DNA of 64,000 nt from Kiritimatiellia bacterium (GTDB lineage: Bacteria; Verrucomicrobiota; Kiritimatiellia; JAAZAB01), in contig JAXGPF010000012.1 of assembly GCA_040767085.1 (NCBI GenBank), forward strand, positions 64,001-128,000. The letters are read 5' to 3'. Each line of letters starts with the position of its first letter. Position 1 is the stretch's first letter. The position numbers and the translations under genes are program-made. Positions 1 through 11,000 of this stretch are shown here, piece after piece. The notes beneath the pieces were generated by a model. The model searched no databases and was not told where the DNA came from. It was given only the letters and a program-made list of their open reading frames with translations.

Positions 1-2573
1 AGGCGGCGCGGCTGGGAGAGCAGCAGCGCGTAATGGCCGGCGGCATCGGGCAGGGATTGCGTGAAACGCTCCCAGTTGTTGAGCGCCATGTCGGGATCGG
101 CGCTGTGTTTCAGGCTGTCGCCCGCCAGGATGGCCAGGCGGGCGAAGGCCGTGCGGCGCGCGGCGTCGCCTGCCAGCCGTTGCAGGTTGGTCAGGGCGCG
201 GCGGCCGTCATGGAAGCCCGCCGCCCGCAGGATTTTCCGGCTGACGGCGGCGGGCAGGGCGTCTGACAACACCAGGTCGGCCAGGTTGCCGCCCGGCGGA
301 CCCGGCAGAGCCGCGCGTCCGAAATGGCGTTCCACAAAGGCGCGGACGGTGGCGGTCTGGGTTTTGAAATCCACGCGCAACTGCTGCTCGGGCGTCATTT
401 CCGGGGTTTGCCGGTAGCCCATGCGGCGGGCCAGGTGGACGAACTCCGGCGCGCCTTCCGGCGGCAGGCACAAATCGCGGGCGGAGCCGCGCAGCATGCG
501 CAAGCCGTTGATCAGGCGGCGCAGGAAATAATACGCGCCGGCCAGTTCCCGCGACTCATCGGCGGTCAAAACACCCAGCTCGGCCAGGGCTTCCAACGCT
601 GCATGAATGCGCGGAGTGCGCAGCTTGGGGAACCGCTCGGCGTGCATGACCTGCAGAATCTGGACATCGTATTCCAGGTCCACCAGCGCACCGGGACTGA
701 ACTTGGCATTGTCCAGCCGCCGCCCGCCGCTCGAGGGAATATCGCGTTCCGGGCGGGCGGCGGACGCTGCCGCGGCGGGCTCAGCCTTGGCCGCCCACTG
801 TTTTTCGCGCAATTGCCGTAGGGATGCCACGTCCAAAGGCCGGCCGGAATAAATAAATTCATCCCGCAGCCGTTCCACGCGCGCGCCCAGGGCGGGGTCG
901 CCGGCGACATGGCGCAGCCGCACGAGCGCCAGCCGTTCATAAGCCTGCGCCGGGCCGTCGGGCGCGTAATAACGGCAGAAACTTTCCAGGCTGCTGGCGA
1001 GCGGACCGCTGTTGCCGTAAGGGCGCAGGCGCAGGTCAATATGGAAAATGCCTTCGCGCTTGGCGCGCACTTGCTCGGCCAGCAGGCGGGCGAAGCTGTC
1101 GAAGAATTCGGCATTCGACAACGGCGCGAGACCGTCCGTCCGCCCGTTATCGTTATAAACCAGCAGCAATTCGATGTCGGAGGCGTATCCCATGGCGACG
1201 CCCCCGAATTTGCCCAGGCCGCAGATCGCCCAGGCGGTTTCCAGGCCGGCCACCGTGCCCGGCCGCCCGTGGCGTTCGACCAGCAAGCGGTAGATCAAAT
1301 CCGCCGCGGCCTGAATCACGGCCTCGGCGAGCTGGGTCAGGGCTTCGGCGAAAGCGCGGACATCGCTGTCCGGTTTCAGAATATGGTCGAGGTCGATCAG
1401 GAAAATCTCGCGGTCTTTGAAGTCGTTCAGGCGCTGGAATTCATCGCCGCTGCCGGCGGCGGCGTCCAACTCCGCCTGCAGGGCGCGCCGGAGGTCGGCG
1501 GGCGCATGGGCGAACCGGCGGCCGGCGACGTGGGGCTGCAGGATGGGCAGCAGCGATTCATATTGCAGGCGGATGAAATCCTCCCAGATGAAATCGCTGG
1601 CGCCCAGCAGGCGCGCCAGTTCCTGGAGCGCGTCCGGCTGCGCCAGCAAATCCGCCCAGGCGCCGCTGGCCGGGGTCTGCATGATGTTTTCCGCCAGCTG
1701 CCCGAAGCGGCCGAGAGCGGTATAGGGATCGGGCGCATGGCCAAGGAAGTAGGTGAACTGCTTCGTCAGCAGCGCGGTAAACTTGATCTGATCCAGCCGC
1801 GCCGGGTCGGTCGGCGGCCGGCCATCGCGATCCACCACGTCAATTTCGTCAGTGATCCAGCCGGCTGCCGTGCGGATGCGCACGCGTTCGATGGACATGC
1901 CCTGCAGGGCGAGCGCGCTGCTCATGGCGAAAAGGAAAGCCGGCGTGTCCTGCGCCATGACTTGCAACCGGGTGAAGTCCTCCGCCGGGCGCAGGTCCAG
2001 GGTGACCGGGTAAAGCACCGGCAAATCCGCCAGGCGCAGTTCCGCCAGGCGGGCGGCGACCATTTCATTGACGCGGCGCCGCGCGTCCTCGATCTTTCCG
2101 TTTTCCAGCAGAGCGATGGTGGTTCCAATGGATTTTTCGAATGCCGCCGGCCAGCCCGCGGCGTCGGCGGCGGCATCCAGTTCGCCGGCGAAGTAATCGA
2201 TGATCAAGCGCCGCCCGCCGGCGGCGGGCGCATCCGTCTTTCGCGCGTCCGGCCGGCGCCGGGCATAGGTGAAGATTTCGCCCGCCAGGATGTTGAAACC
2301 GCCGGCGGCCAGCAGGCCGGTGATCAGGGAAAACAGCGCCGGGTAATCGTAAGCCATGACCGTGCAGGCCATGCGGCGCCCGGGGCCGGGCTCGAAAATC
2401 ACGGCGGAAGGCGCGGCGGGCGACAGGGCGGCCAGGGCGCGCAGGTGGCGTTGCATCTGCGCCGGCTGGAAGAAGTCGAAATAATTGTCATCCAGGCGCG
2501 CCAGGTGTTCCGCCAGCAGCGCCGGCGGGAGTTCGGGACACAGTGCCTGCAGTTCGTGGAGCGCCGGTTTCAT
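1..2573 (-). CDS. glnE: GlnE-type glutamine synthetase adenylyltransferase with N-terminal GlnD-like ACT domains (3' end outside window)
   Basis: Read manually on - strand from ATG 2573 (absent from ORF track, runs off window): MKPALHELQ...AYDYPALFSLITGLL (ACT-like), ALGKFGGVAMGYASDIELL (GlnE nucleotidyltransferase motif), VPVPGALVDLEYDVQILQ-like region, then the start of a second GlnE repeat (DPDMALNNWERF). Confidence 0.8.
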   Translation of the reverse strand, partial: MKPALHELQALCPELPPALLAEHLARLDDNYFDFFQPAQMQRHLRALAALSPAAPSAVIFEPGPGRRMACTVMAYDYPALFSLITGLLAAGGFNILAGEIFTYARRRPDARKTDAPAAGGRRLIIDYFAGELDAAADAAGWPAAFEKSIGTTIALLENGKIEDARRRVNEMVAARLAELRLADLPVLYPVTLDLRPAEDFTRLQVMAQDTPAFLFAMSSALALQGMSIERVRIRTAAGWITDEIDVVDRDGRPPTDPARLDQIKFTALLTKQFTYFLGHAPDPYTALGRFGQLAENIMQTPASGAWADLLAQPDALQELARLLGASDFIWEDFIRLQYESLLPILQPHVAGRRFAHAPADLRRALQAELDAAAGSGDEFQRLNDFKDREIFLIDLDHILKPDSDVRAFAEALTQLAEAVIQAAADLIYRLLVERHGRPGTVAGLETAWAICGLGKFGGVAMGYASDIELLLVYNDNGRTDGLAPLSNAEFFDSFARLLAEQVRAKREGIFHIDLRLRPYGNSGPLASSLESFCRYYAPDGPAQAYERLALVRLRHVAGDPALGARVERLRDEFIYSGRPLDVASLRQLREKQWAAKAEPAAAASAARPERDIPSSGGRRLDNAKFSPGALVDLEYDVQILQVMHAERFPKLRTPRIHAALEALAELGVLTADESRELAGAYYFLRRLINGLRMLRGSARDLCLPPEGAPEFVHLARRMGYRQTPEMTPEQQLRVDFKTQTATVRAFVERHFGRAALPGPPGGNLADLVLSDALPAAVSRKILRAAGFHDGRRALTNLQRLAGDAARRTAFARLAILAGDSLKHSADPDMALNNWERFTQSLPDAAGHYALLLSQPRR

Positions 2574-2761
2574 GCCGGGCCAGTATAATTAAAGCGCGGG
2601 GGGAAGAAAGCAAATTTTACCGGAACGCATATCCGCTTGACCGGCGGCGGAATTTGTGTTTAATTCAATGAATTCCATGAACCTGGCAGGCAGAAGGCGG
2701 CCGTCCGCCGGCAATGCCGGCAGGACGGTTGATGAACCAACAGCAGAAAGGCGACACCAGC

Positions 2762-3871
2762 ATGCGCAAAATACGTGTGGCGATTATCGGGCAGGGCCGC
2801 AGCGGCCGCAACATCCACGGCCAGTATTTGATCAAGGATCCGCGCTACCAGATCGTGGCCGTGGCGGATTTCCTGGAAGAGCGCCGCCGGCGGGCGATGG
2901 AGGAATACAAGTGCGACGCCTATGCCGATTATCACGACCTCTTCAAGCGCAACGACCTTGACCTGATTGTCAACTCGACCTTCAGTTACATGCATGTGCC
3001 GGTTACACTGGAGATTTTGAAGGCGGGATTTAACGTGCTCTGCGAGAAGCCGCTGGCGTCGCGGGCGAAGGATGTGGACAAGATGATCGCCGCCGCCAAA
3101 AAGGCCCGCCGCATTTTCGCGGTTTACCAGCAATCCCGGCTGGCCGGTTACTTCCAGCAGGTGCAGAAGGTGATCAAGTCCGGCGTACTGGGTAGGATTG
3201 TGCACATCAACATCGCTTTCAACGGCTTCTCCCGGCGCTGGGACTGGCAGACGCTGCAGGCGTTCAATGGCGGCAACCTGCTCAATACCGGTCCGCATCC
3301 GTTGGACCAAGCCCTGCAGCTTTTCGGCGAGGGCATGCCGAAGGTGACGTGTTTCATGGACCGGGTCAATACCGCCGGCGACGCCGAGGATCACGTTAAG
3401 TTGATCCTGAGCGGGCCCGGGCATCCCACGATTGACCTGGAGATTTCCTCCGCCTGCGCGTATCCCTGCTTCACCTACAACGTCTACGGTTCCTGCGGCG
3501 GCTTGAAGGGCTCGACCTCGGCCATGGAATGGCGCTATTTCAAGCCCCGCGAGGCCCGCAAGCTGAAACTGGTGAAAACGCCGATTTCCACGCCCGCCGG
3601 TTTGCCCGCCTATTGCGACGGCGCCAGCCCGGACAACCTGAAGTGGTATGTGGATGCCTGGCCGGTCAGCGTGCAGCCCGTCAAAAAGCCCAACGCCGGC
3701 GGTTATACCGCCGCGCAACCGCCCGTGGAAATGGCAGCCAGCTACTACACCATGCTGTACAAAGTCCTGACGAAGAAAACGCCGCTGACAATCACGCCCG
3801 AGCAGGTCCGGCGCCAGATCGCCGTGATCGAAGAGTGCCAGCGGCAGAATCCCCAGATTTATGGGAAGTAA
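2762..3871 (+). CDS. Gfo/Idh/MocA family oxidoreductase
   Basis: IIGQGRSG Rossmann motif, CEKP motif, GGNLLNTGPH; ATG 2762 preceded by AGAAAGG. Confidence 0.9.
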   Translation: MRKIRVAIIGQGRSGRNIHGQYLIKDPRYQIVAVADFLEERRRRAMEEYKCDAYADYHDLFKRNDLDLIVNSTFSYMHVPVTLEILKAGFNVLCEKPLASRAKDVDKMIAAAKKARRIFAVYQQSRLAGYFQQVQKVIKSGVLGRIVHINIAFNGFSRRWDWQTLQAFNGGNLLNTGPHPLDQALQLFGEGMPKVTCFMDRVNTAGDAEDHVKLILSGPGHPTIDLEISSACAYPCFTYNVYGSCGGLKGSTSAMEWRYFKPREARKLKLVKTPISTPAGLPAYCDGASPDNLKWYVDAWPVSVQPVKKPNAGGYTAAQPPVEMAASYYTMLYKVLTKKTPLTITPEQVRRQIAVIEECQRQNPQIYGK

Positions 3872-5270
3872 CGACACATTCATCAACCCCGCCGCGATTG
3901 AAAAATTGCTGGTAGAGGCCGCCCAGCCCGACCGGCGCCGGGCGTTCGAGGTGTTGGACCGCGCGCTGGAGAAAAAAGGGTTGGCGCCGGAAGACGCGGC
4001 GGTATTGCTGAACACGGACGATCCGGAAGTGACGGAGCGCCTGCTGGAAGATGCCGGCCGGGTCAAACATGAAATATACGGCCGGCGGCTGGTGCTGTTC
4101 GCGCCGCTGTATATCGCCAACTATTGCTCCAACAACTGCCTGTATTGCGCTTTTAGGCGCGATAATCGGGCGGTGCGGCGCCGCGCGTTGAGCATGGCGG
4201 AAGTGGCGGAGGAAACCCTCCGGCTGGAACAGCAGGGCCACAAGCGGCTGCTGCTGCTGACCGGCGAGGACCTCACGCGCTCGAGCCTGGACTATTTCCT
4301 GGAAGCAATCCGCACGGTCTATGCCACGAAGACCCCGGACGGCAAGGGCGCCATCCGGCGGATCAACGTTGAAATCGCGCCGTTGGATGAAGCCGGGTTC
4401 CGCCAGTTGAAGGCCGCCGACATCGGCACGTATGTTCTATTCCAGGAGACCTACCACCCTGAAACCTACGCTCGCATGCATCCCGACGGCCCCAAGGCGG
4501 ACTACCGCTGGCGCCTTTACGCCATGCATCGCGCCCAGGCGGGCGGCATTGACGATGTCGGCATCGGCGTCTTGTTCGGCCTGCATGCGGATTACCGGTT
4601 CGAAGTCCTGAGCATGCTGGAGCATGCCCGCTGCCTCGAAAGGGATTGCGGCGTCGGTCCGCACACGCTCAGCGTGCCCCGGCTGGAGCCGGCGCTGAAC
4701 GCCCCGGCCGCGCAACAGCCGCCGTACCCGGTGTCGGACCATGATTTCAAGCGGCTGGTGGCCATCCTGCGGCTGGCAGTGCCCTACACGGGCATCATTC
4801 TTTCCACCCGCGAAAAGGCGGAACTCCGCAACGCGTTGTTCGCCCTGGGCGTGTCGCAGATCAGCGCCGGTTCCCGCACCAATCCCGGCGGGTATGGCGA
4901 AAATGGCGACGACCCGGCGACCGCCCAGCAGTTTGCGCTGGGCGACACCCGCTCGCTGGAGGAAGTCATCCGGGCGGTCTGCGCCGCCGGCTACCTGCCG
5001 TCGTTCTGCACGGGGTGTTACCGGCAGGGGCGCACCGGACGGGACTTCATGGACCTGGCCAAGCCCGGGCTGATCAACCAGTTTTGCCTGCCCAACGCCA
5101 TCCTGACATTCGCGGAATACCTCTTGGATTACGCCGGCCCGGAAACGCAGGCGGCGGGGCAGCGCGTGATTCAGGCGCAGATGGAGGAAATCCGCGACCC
5201 CGGGCGCCGGAGTGAAACCGTCCGGCGTCTGGAAGCATTGCAAGCCGGCCGGCGCGATCTCTATTTTTAA
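3861..5270 (+). CDS. hydG: [FeFe]-hydrogenase maturase HydG (radical SAM, ThiH/HydG family)
   Basis: YIANYCSNNCLYCAF (CxxxCxxC), FQETYH, GIDDVGIG, SAGSRTNPGGY, and C-terminal SFCTGCYRQGRTG...FCLPNA auxiliary-cluster motif that distinguishes HydG from ThiH. Confidence 0.88.
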   Translation: MGSNDTFINPAAIEKLLVEAAQPDRRRAFEVLDRALEKKGLAPEDAAVLLNTDDPEVTERLLEDAGRVKHEIYGRRLVLFAPLYIANYCSNNCLYCAFRRDNRAVRRRALSMAEVAEETLRLEQQGHKRLLLLTGEDLTRSSLDYFLEAIRTVYATKTPDGKGAIRRINVEIAPLDEAGFRQLKAADIGTYVLFQETYHPETYARMHPDGPKADYRWRLYAMHRAQAGGIDDVGIGVLFGLHADYRFEVLSMLEHARCLERDCGVGPHTLSVPRLEPALNAPAAQQPPYPVSDHDFKRLVAILRLAVPYTGIILSTREKAELRNALFALGVSQISAGSRTNPGGYGENGDDPATAQQFALGDTRSLEEVIRAVCAAGYLPSFCTGCYRQGRTGRDFMDLAKPGLINQFCLPNAILTFAEYLLDYAGPETQAAGQRVIQAQMEEIRDPGRRSETVRRLEALQAGRRDLYF

Positions 5271-5291
5271 GAAGCATAAGGAGCAAGCATA

Positions 5292-6323
5292 ATGTTAAGG
5301 ATAGCATTTGCGGGATTCAGGCATTCGCACATCATGGGCGTGTACACTTACGTCAAGGCGCACCCCGCGGAATGGCAACTGACCGGCGCCTGCGAAGAGG
5401 ATGCCGCGGCGCGGGAGCAATTGGCCGCGCAAGGCAAGGTGGAAATCACCCACCGGGATTTTTCCGCCATGCTGGACGCCGTGGAGTGCGACGTTGTGGC
5501 GGTGGGCGACTATTACGGCCGGCGCGGGCAGTTGCTTATCGCCGCCCTGCAGCGCGGCAAGCACGTGATTTCCGACAAGCCCATCTGCACGGATATCCGG
5601 GAGTGGGAGCGGATCGCCGCCCTGGCGCGGTCAAATCAATTGAAAGTCGGCTGCCAGTTGGATGTGCGCGCGAGCGGCAACTTCCGGCGGATGCGGGAAG
5701 CGGTGCGCGGCGGCCTGATCGGCGAGGTGCTGTCCGTCGCCGTGGGCGGCCAGCATCCGCTCAATCTCGGTGTGCGGCCTGCCTGGTATTTCGAGCCGGG
5801 CAAGCATGGCGGCACGATCAACGACATCGGCATCCATGCCTTCGACTTTATTCCATGGATCACCGGGCAGGATTTTGCCGAAGTAGCGGCCGCGCGCACC
5901 TGGAACGCGCTGGCGCCGCAATATCCGCATTTCCAGACCGGCGCCCAGTACATGCTGCGTCTGCAAAATGACGCCGGCATGCTGGCCGACATGTCGTATT
6001 TCAGCCCGGCGCAGTTCAAGAGCCGCCTTCCGCAATACTGGCGGACGACGCTCTTCGGAACCGAGGGTGTTTTGGAAACCAGCTCCGGCGCCAGCCATGC
6101 GACCCTGGCGCGCAACGGCCAGTCGGCCGTGGAAGAACTCCCGGCTTTGCCGCCGTCCGAGGATATCGGGATCATGCCCAGTTTTGCCCGCGAGATTCAG
6201 GGCGCCGCCGCAGGGCTGACGGTGAGCACGGCGGAAGTGCTGTATGCCAGCCGGATCGCCTTGCTGGTGCAGCAGGCGGCTGACACCCATGCCACGGGCG
6301 TCAAATTGCCCCCGCGCGCATAA
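5292..6323 (+). CDS. Gfo/Idh/MocA family oxidoreductase
   Basis: N-terminal Rossmann fold, SDKP motif, GGTINDIGIH. Confidence 0.88.
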   Translation: MLRIAFAGFRHSHIMGVYTYVKAHPAEWQLTGACEEDAAAREQLAAQGKVEITHRDFSAMLDAVECDVVAVGDYYGRRGQLLIAALQRGKHVISDKPICTDIREWERIAALARSNQLKVGCQLDVRASGNFRRMREAVRGGLIGEVLSVAVGGQHPLNLGVRPAWYFEPGKHGGTINDIGIHAFDFIPWITGQDFAEVAAARTWNALAPQYPHFQTGAQYMLRLQNDAGMLADMSYFSPAQFKSRLPQYWRTTLFGTEGVLETSSGASHATLARNGQSAVEELPALPPSEDIGIMPSFAREIQGAAAGLTVSTAEVLYASRIALLVQQAADTHATGVKLPPRA

Positions 6324-6389
6324 AGACGGGCGCCGCCGGCGTCCTGTCGTTGCCAGGCGGCGGGGCTTGGATCACACCGCCAGAGTCGG

Positions 6390-7970
6390 ATGGATATCAT
6401 GCAAGACAAAACCAGGACGCCCGTTTACCTGCTGGATTGGATGCATGTCTGCCACGGCTGGATGGACCGCTCGTTCGACCCGGCCTTGCTCTCGGAGCGC
6501 GGCCGCGAAATTGCCGCGGCGGACCGGCAACGCACCGGCGGCGCGTTCCCCGACATGGCCGGCCGCTGGATGGTGCGGGTGAAGGTGCCTTACGGCATCC
6601 GCATCACAGTGGAAAAAGGCCGGGTGGACGAGCAGCCCTGGCTGACAGCCGACCAGCCCTGGGAAGCCGGTTGCGCCTGGGTGACCGTGATTCATGAAAA
6701 AGACCTGTATCGCTGCTGGTATGTGTGCGCGCGGAATGACCCCGCCCCGGAACACCTGGTCGGCGACCGGGAAGCCAACCGGCGTTTCGGCAAAGACGAT
6801 GCCCGGTATGTTCTCTGTTACGCCGAAAGCCGGGATGGCCGGCAATGGGCAAAACCCGCACTTGGCCAATATTGTTTCAATGGCTCCCGCGCCAACAACA
6901 TCGCCTGCCCCTACGGCAAGGAAACCGCCGTTTTCCGGGACGACAGCGCGCCGCCGGCGGAGCGTTACAAGTGTTTCGATTTCGATAAACTGCCGGATTT
7001 ACCCCCGGGCGAAAAGAATCCCTACGCGGCGAGCGGTTTGTTTGGCGCGGTATCGCCGGACGGCCTGGCCTGGCAACGCCTGCCGCAGCCTCTGATCCGC
7101 TATTTCTGCGACACGGAAAACATCGGGTATTGGGACCCGGAATTGCGGAAACTGGTGGGTTACTTCCGCGGGCATTTTTTCCCGGACGGCGTATACGGCG
7201 GCCGCGCCATCGCCCGCGCGGAAACCGATGATTTCCGCAACTGGCCCATGCCGCAGGTCATCCTGACCCCGGGCGCCGAGGAGGCGCCCTGCGACGATTA
7301 TTACACCAACGGATTCACCCCGCATCCCGACGATCCGTCGTTGCGCTTTTTCTTCGCCTCCATCTACCACCGCAACAGCGACCTGGTGGATGTGCGGCTG
7401 GCAGCCAGCCGCGATGGCCGGGTGTTCAACTGGGTGTCGCGCGAGCCGATTATTGAATGCCGGCCCGGCAGCCAGTGGGCGGCTTCGGGCATTTATGCCG
7501 GGCCCAACCTGCTGTATCTGCCCGACGGACGTCTGGGCTTGCCGTTGCGCTGCACCAGCCAGGCGCATAACGAATCGCATGCCGCTTATTACCGGGATTA
7601 CCAGACGCCGCCCGGCGGACTGGCATGGGCCACCTGGGAGCCCGGCCGTCTGGCGGGAATCGAGGCGGAAAACCTGGGCGAGTTCTTTACCATGCCGCAA
7701 GTATTTGACGGCCGCGGGATTGAAATCAACGCGCGCACGACGCGCGCCGGCGCCGTGGAACTGGAAATCTGGGAACAGGTTGCCGGCCGCCACAGCCGGA
7801 CCATCCCGGGCTTTACTTTCGCCGATCACATTCCCTTCCGCGGGAATGAATGCCGGGCAATCTGCCGTTTCAAAGGGCAAAAGGATCTGGCGGCCTTGCG
7901 CGGGAAACGCCTGGAACTGCGGTTCCGGCTCAGCAGCGCCAAGATTTTCAGCTACCGGTTTGCGGAATGA
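6390..7970 (+). CDS. Hypothetical protein, putative five-bladed beta-propeller glycoside hydrolase-like
   Basis: Repeated Asp-box-like S-x-DG-x-x-W motifs (ESRDGRQW, SPDGLAW, SRDGRVFNW) and a C-terminal beta-sandwich-like region; long ORF with AGAG upstream. Confidence 0.6.
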   Translation: MDIMQDKTRTPVYLLDWMHVCHGWMDRSFDPALLSERGREIAAADRQRTGGAFPDMAGRWMVRVKVPYGIRITVEKGRVDEQPWLTADQPWEAGCAWVTVIHEKDLYRCWYVCARNDPAPEHLVGDREANRRFGKDDARYVLCYAESRDGRQWAKPALGQYCFNGSRANNIACPYGKETAVFRDDSAPPAERYKCFDFDKLPDLPPGEKNPYAASGLFGAVSPDGLAWQRLPQPLIRYFCDTENIGYWDPELRKLVGYFRGHFFPDGVYGGRAIARAETDDFRNWPMPQVILTPGAEEAPCDDYYTNGFTPHPDDPSLRFFFASIYHRNSDLVDVRLAASRDGRVFNWVSREPIIECRPGSQWAASGIYAGPNLLYLPDGRLGLPLRCTSQAHNESHAAYYRDYQTPPGGLAWATWEPGRLAGIEAENLGEFFTMPQVFDGRGIEINARTTRAGAVELEIWEQVAGRHSRTIPGFTFADHIPFRGNECRAICRFKGQKDLAALRGKRLELRFRLSSAKIFSYRFAE

Positions 7971-8005
7971 TTTTTCAGCCGGCAATGAACCAGAGGGAGA
8001 GCAGT

Positions 8006-11000
8006 ATGAGCAATTTATGGCGGGCGGGAGCGACCGCGCTGGCGTGCGCGTTGTTTGGCAACCTGGCGCCGGCCGCGGCGGACGGGCCGCTGCGGGTGGG
8101 CGTTTACCAGGCGCTGGGCGGCGCGGGCATGCTGGAGGCCCTGCGGGCCGCGCCAGGGCTGGATTGCGCGGAAGTTGACCGCCTGGATGCGGAGACGCTG
8201 TTCCAATACGACGTGGTGGCGCTGCCCGCCCTCCGCGGCATGTCAGACCGCGCATGGGAAGATGCGCTGGAAGCCTATGTGCGCTGCGGCGGAGGCTTGC
8301 TGCTGCAGCACAATGCCGCCGGATACCGCGGCTGGAATCGCGCGCTCTTCCCGGAATTATTCGCCGATGGCGGCTCCAGCCGCCAGCGTGAAATCAAGGT
8401 GGCGGACGCCGGCGACCCCGTGACTGCCGGCGTGCCGGCGCAATTCATACAGGATTACCAGGACCATGTCGTCCTGGCGCCCGGCCCAAGCGGCCGCGTC
8501 CTCGCACGCGATGCCGATGGCGCGGCGGTGGCGGTGGCCGGCGCGGTGGAACAGGGGCGAGTCATCGGCAGCGGCCTGCTGCCCGGCGTGTTCGTGGAGC
8601 GGGCCAAGCATGTGGAACGCGCGCCCGGCGCGGGCGAACGCGCGTTTCTGGTCCAGGCGGTGAACTGGCTGGGCGCCGGACGCTGGACGGGGCTGGATGA
8701 AGCGGAGCGCGCCGCGCGCCGCCGGCGGGTGGAACTGGCCATCGAATTGCGCAATGCCGCCCTGGTGGCAGAATCGGGCAATCCCCTTGCCGCCACCATC
8801 GGCGGCGGATCCGGCGCCGATTGGTTCACGGATTCCATGTATAACGATCATGGATTTGTGCACCCGCCGATCGAGATTCTGCCGGGCCGGTTTTTCATGT
8901 TCGACGGCTTGGTGACGGCCATTGCCGCGCGCAATGCAATCTTGCGCCCGTATGGCGAGACACTGGCCATCCTCCAGCAGTTGAAGTGGTTGGGCGTCAC
9001 GGACATCATCACGCATACCGGCGGCCCGCAATGCAATCTCCGTTACCTGAGCAAAATGACCAATGCGGTGTATGGCTCGCGCGCGAAGCGCTACGGCGGG
9101 GATTACCTGGAAATCATCGTCAGGGCCGCGCACGAAACCGGGATGAATGTCTGGGGATTCTGGCATTCGAAACAGGAGGGCGGGTCGTTTCCCATCGCCG
9201 ACGCCCGGGGCCAGCCCTATGCCGCGTATGGCGATATTAAAAACCCCGCCTATTTGCAGCAGGCCCGGTATTGCCTGGACGAGCTGGCGGAGCGTTATAA
9301 TCCTTACGGCAATTTCAAGGGCGTTTTTCTGGATGAGCTCTGGCATGCCTTTTCCGCGGATTACATGGAAGGCCAGACCAACGCCTTCGCCGAGTTCTGC
9401 CGCGCGCAATTCGGCGAGGCCCCGCCCGCCGCGCTGGACTTAAGCGCCCGGTTCGCCCAGGGCCCGGACTGGTGCGATCCGGCGGATGTCTGGTGGCGGC
9501 GGTATGTCCTGTTCCGCAATCATTTCACGGTCAAATACATCCGCGCCGTCACGGCCTATGCCAATTCCAAAGGATTGCAGACCATGCCGCAAGTTGGTTT
9601 CGGCTTCCGCTGGTTCAGCGGGCATGGCGATACGGCGGGATTGCTGACGGCGGGCAATCTGCCGTGGACTTACGAAAACCGCAACAACAGCCGCTACGAG
9701 CAGTACCCGTCGGACAGCATCATCCTGGCCAGCCACAGCCGCACCCACAGCGGCATCCAGCAAGTCTGTCACCTGCGCGGTAAATACGGTTCGCAATTCG
9801 CGCTGGAGCAGACCTGGTCGATCTTCAGCGGACAAAATCCGCGCGTGCTGGAAGTTTTCGCGCGGCAGGTGCGCGCCAACCGGGAATGGTACGGCGCCGC
9901 GCCGTTGAGTCCCTATGCCCTGGTGGTCAATCACGCGGGCATGGATTTGTCGTTGTCCAACGCCGTCGCGGAATACAAAATCATCGCCAACGGCGTGCAG
10001 GCCTGGCTGCAGCAGCGTTATCCCGTCGGCCAGTTGATGATCCAGGATCACCAGTATTTCGGCCGGTATGCGGCCCTGATCGGCGCGCGGCATGGGCTGC
10101 GGTTCATGTCCGACGCGGCTTTTGCGGCCTTGCGCCGCTACCTCGAGGATGGCGGCGCGCTGTTGGTGTTGGACGATCAGATCAGCACCGCGCGCGCGGA
10201 TTTGACCGGGGTGGCGGATCAATTTGAAATCCTGACGGGCGTGGGCCGGGCGCCCGCCGGAGACGCCGGCGCGCCTTATGCCGGCGCGATTGTCTGGGCG
10301 GCGCCCTTGACCAATGCGCCCGCCTTGTCCGGGTCGGGGCTGGTCTGCCGGGCGGCGGGCGCGCTGGGTCCGGAGACGGCGGTCCTGGCGCGGCGCGATG
10401 ACGGCGCGCCGCTGGTCACCTGCCGGCGCATCGGCCGCGGCCGGGTGGCGGTATTTCACGGCGATATGACGCAATGGCTGGCGCAGCCCCAGACGCGCGC
10501 CGCCGCCCTGGATTGCGCCGCCGCCGTGCTGGACCATCTGGCGCCTTCGCCCATCCGCCTGGAAGGCAATGCGCAAATCTACAATGCCGTGCGCCAGGGC
10601 AACTGGGTGGCGGTGTCGCTGGTGGGATTGGGCACGGATTACGCGACGTTCAGCACAAATTTCCCCGCGCGCGGCCGGTTGCGGGTGGATTTGCAGGCGC
10701 TGGGTCTGGACTTCCCGCAATACAAAGTCGTGAGCCTGGCGCGCGATCGCGAACTTATGCCCGACGGCAAACATTGGGACGAATTTTCGCGAAATTACTG
10801 GACGGCCGCCATCCTGGACGCGGATGGCGTGGAAGTCTATATTCCCCGGAATTCCCTGGCCGACCTGGAGTTGCGCTGCACCATCGAGAGCGAACGGCTG
10901 CGTAAATTCGTGCTGCCGATGTGGAACAAGTCCAGGCAGGCCCGGTCGTTTGAGCACGAAATCCTGGCCATCGCCCCGGTGGAGGAAGCCGCCATGGTTC

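Noticed and set aside
909-2588. 559-aa + strand ORF and many other long antisense ORFs (e.g. 9440-11197, 37180-38613, 42142-43818, 61915-63669)
   Set aside because: Shadow frames of real genes on the opposite strand, expected in high-GC DNA; no motifs.
3861-5270. Annotation as thiH
   Set aside because: The length and the C-terminal CxxC...C extension indicate HydG.
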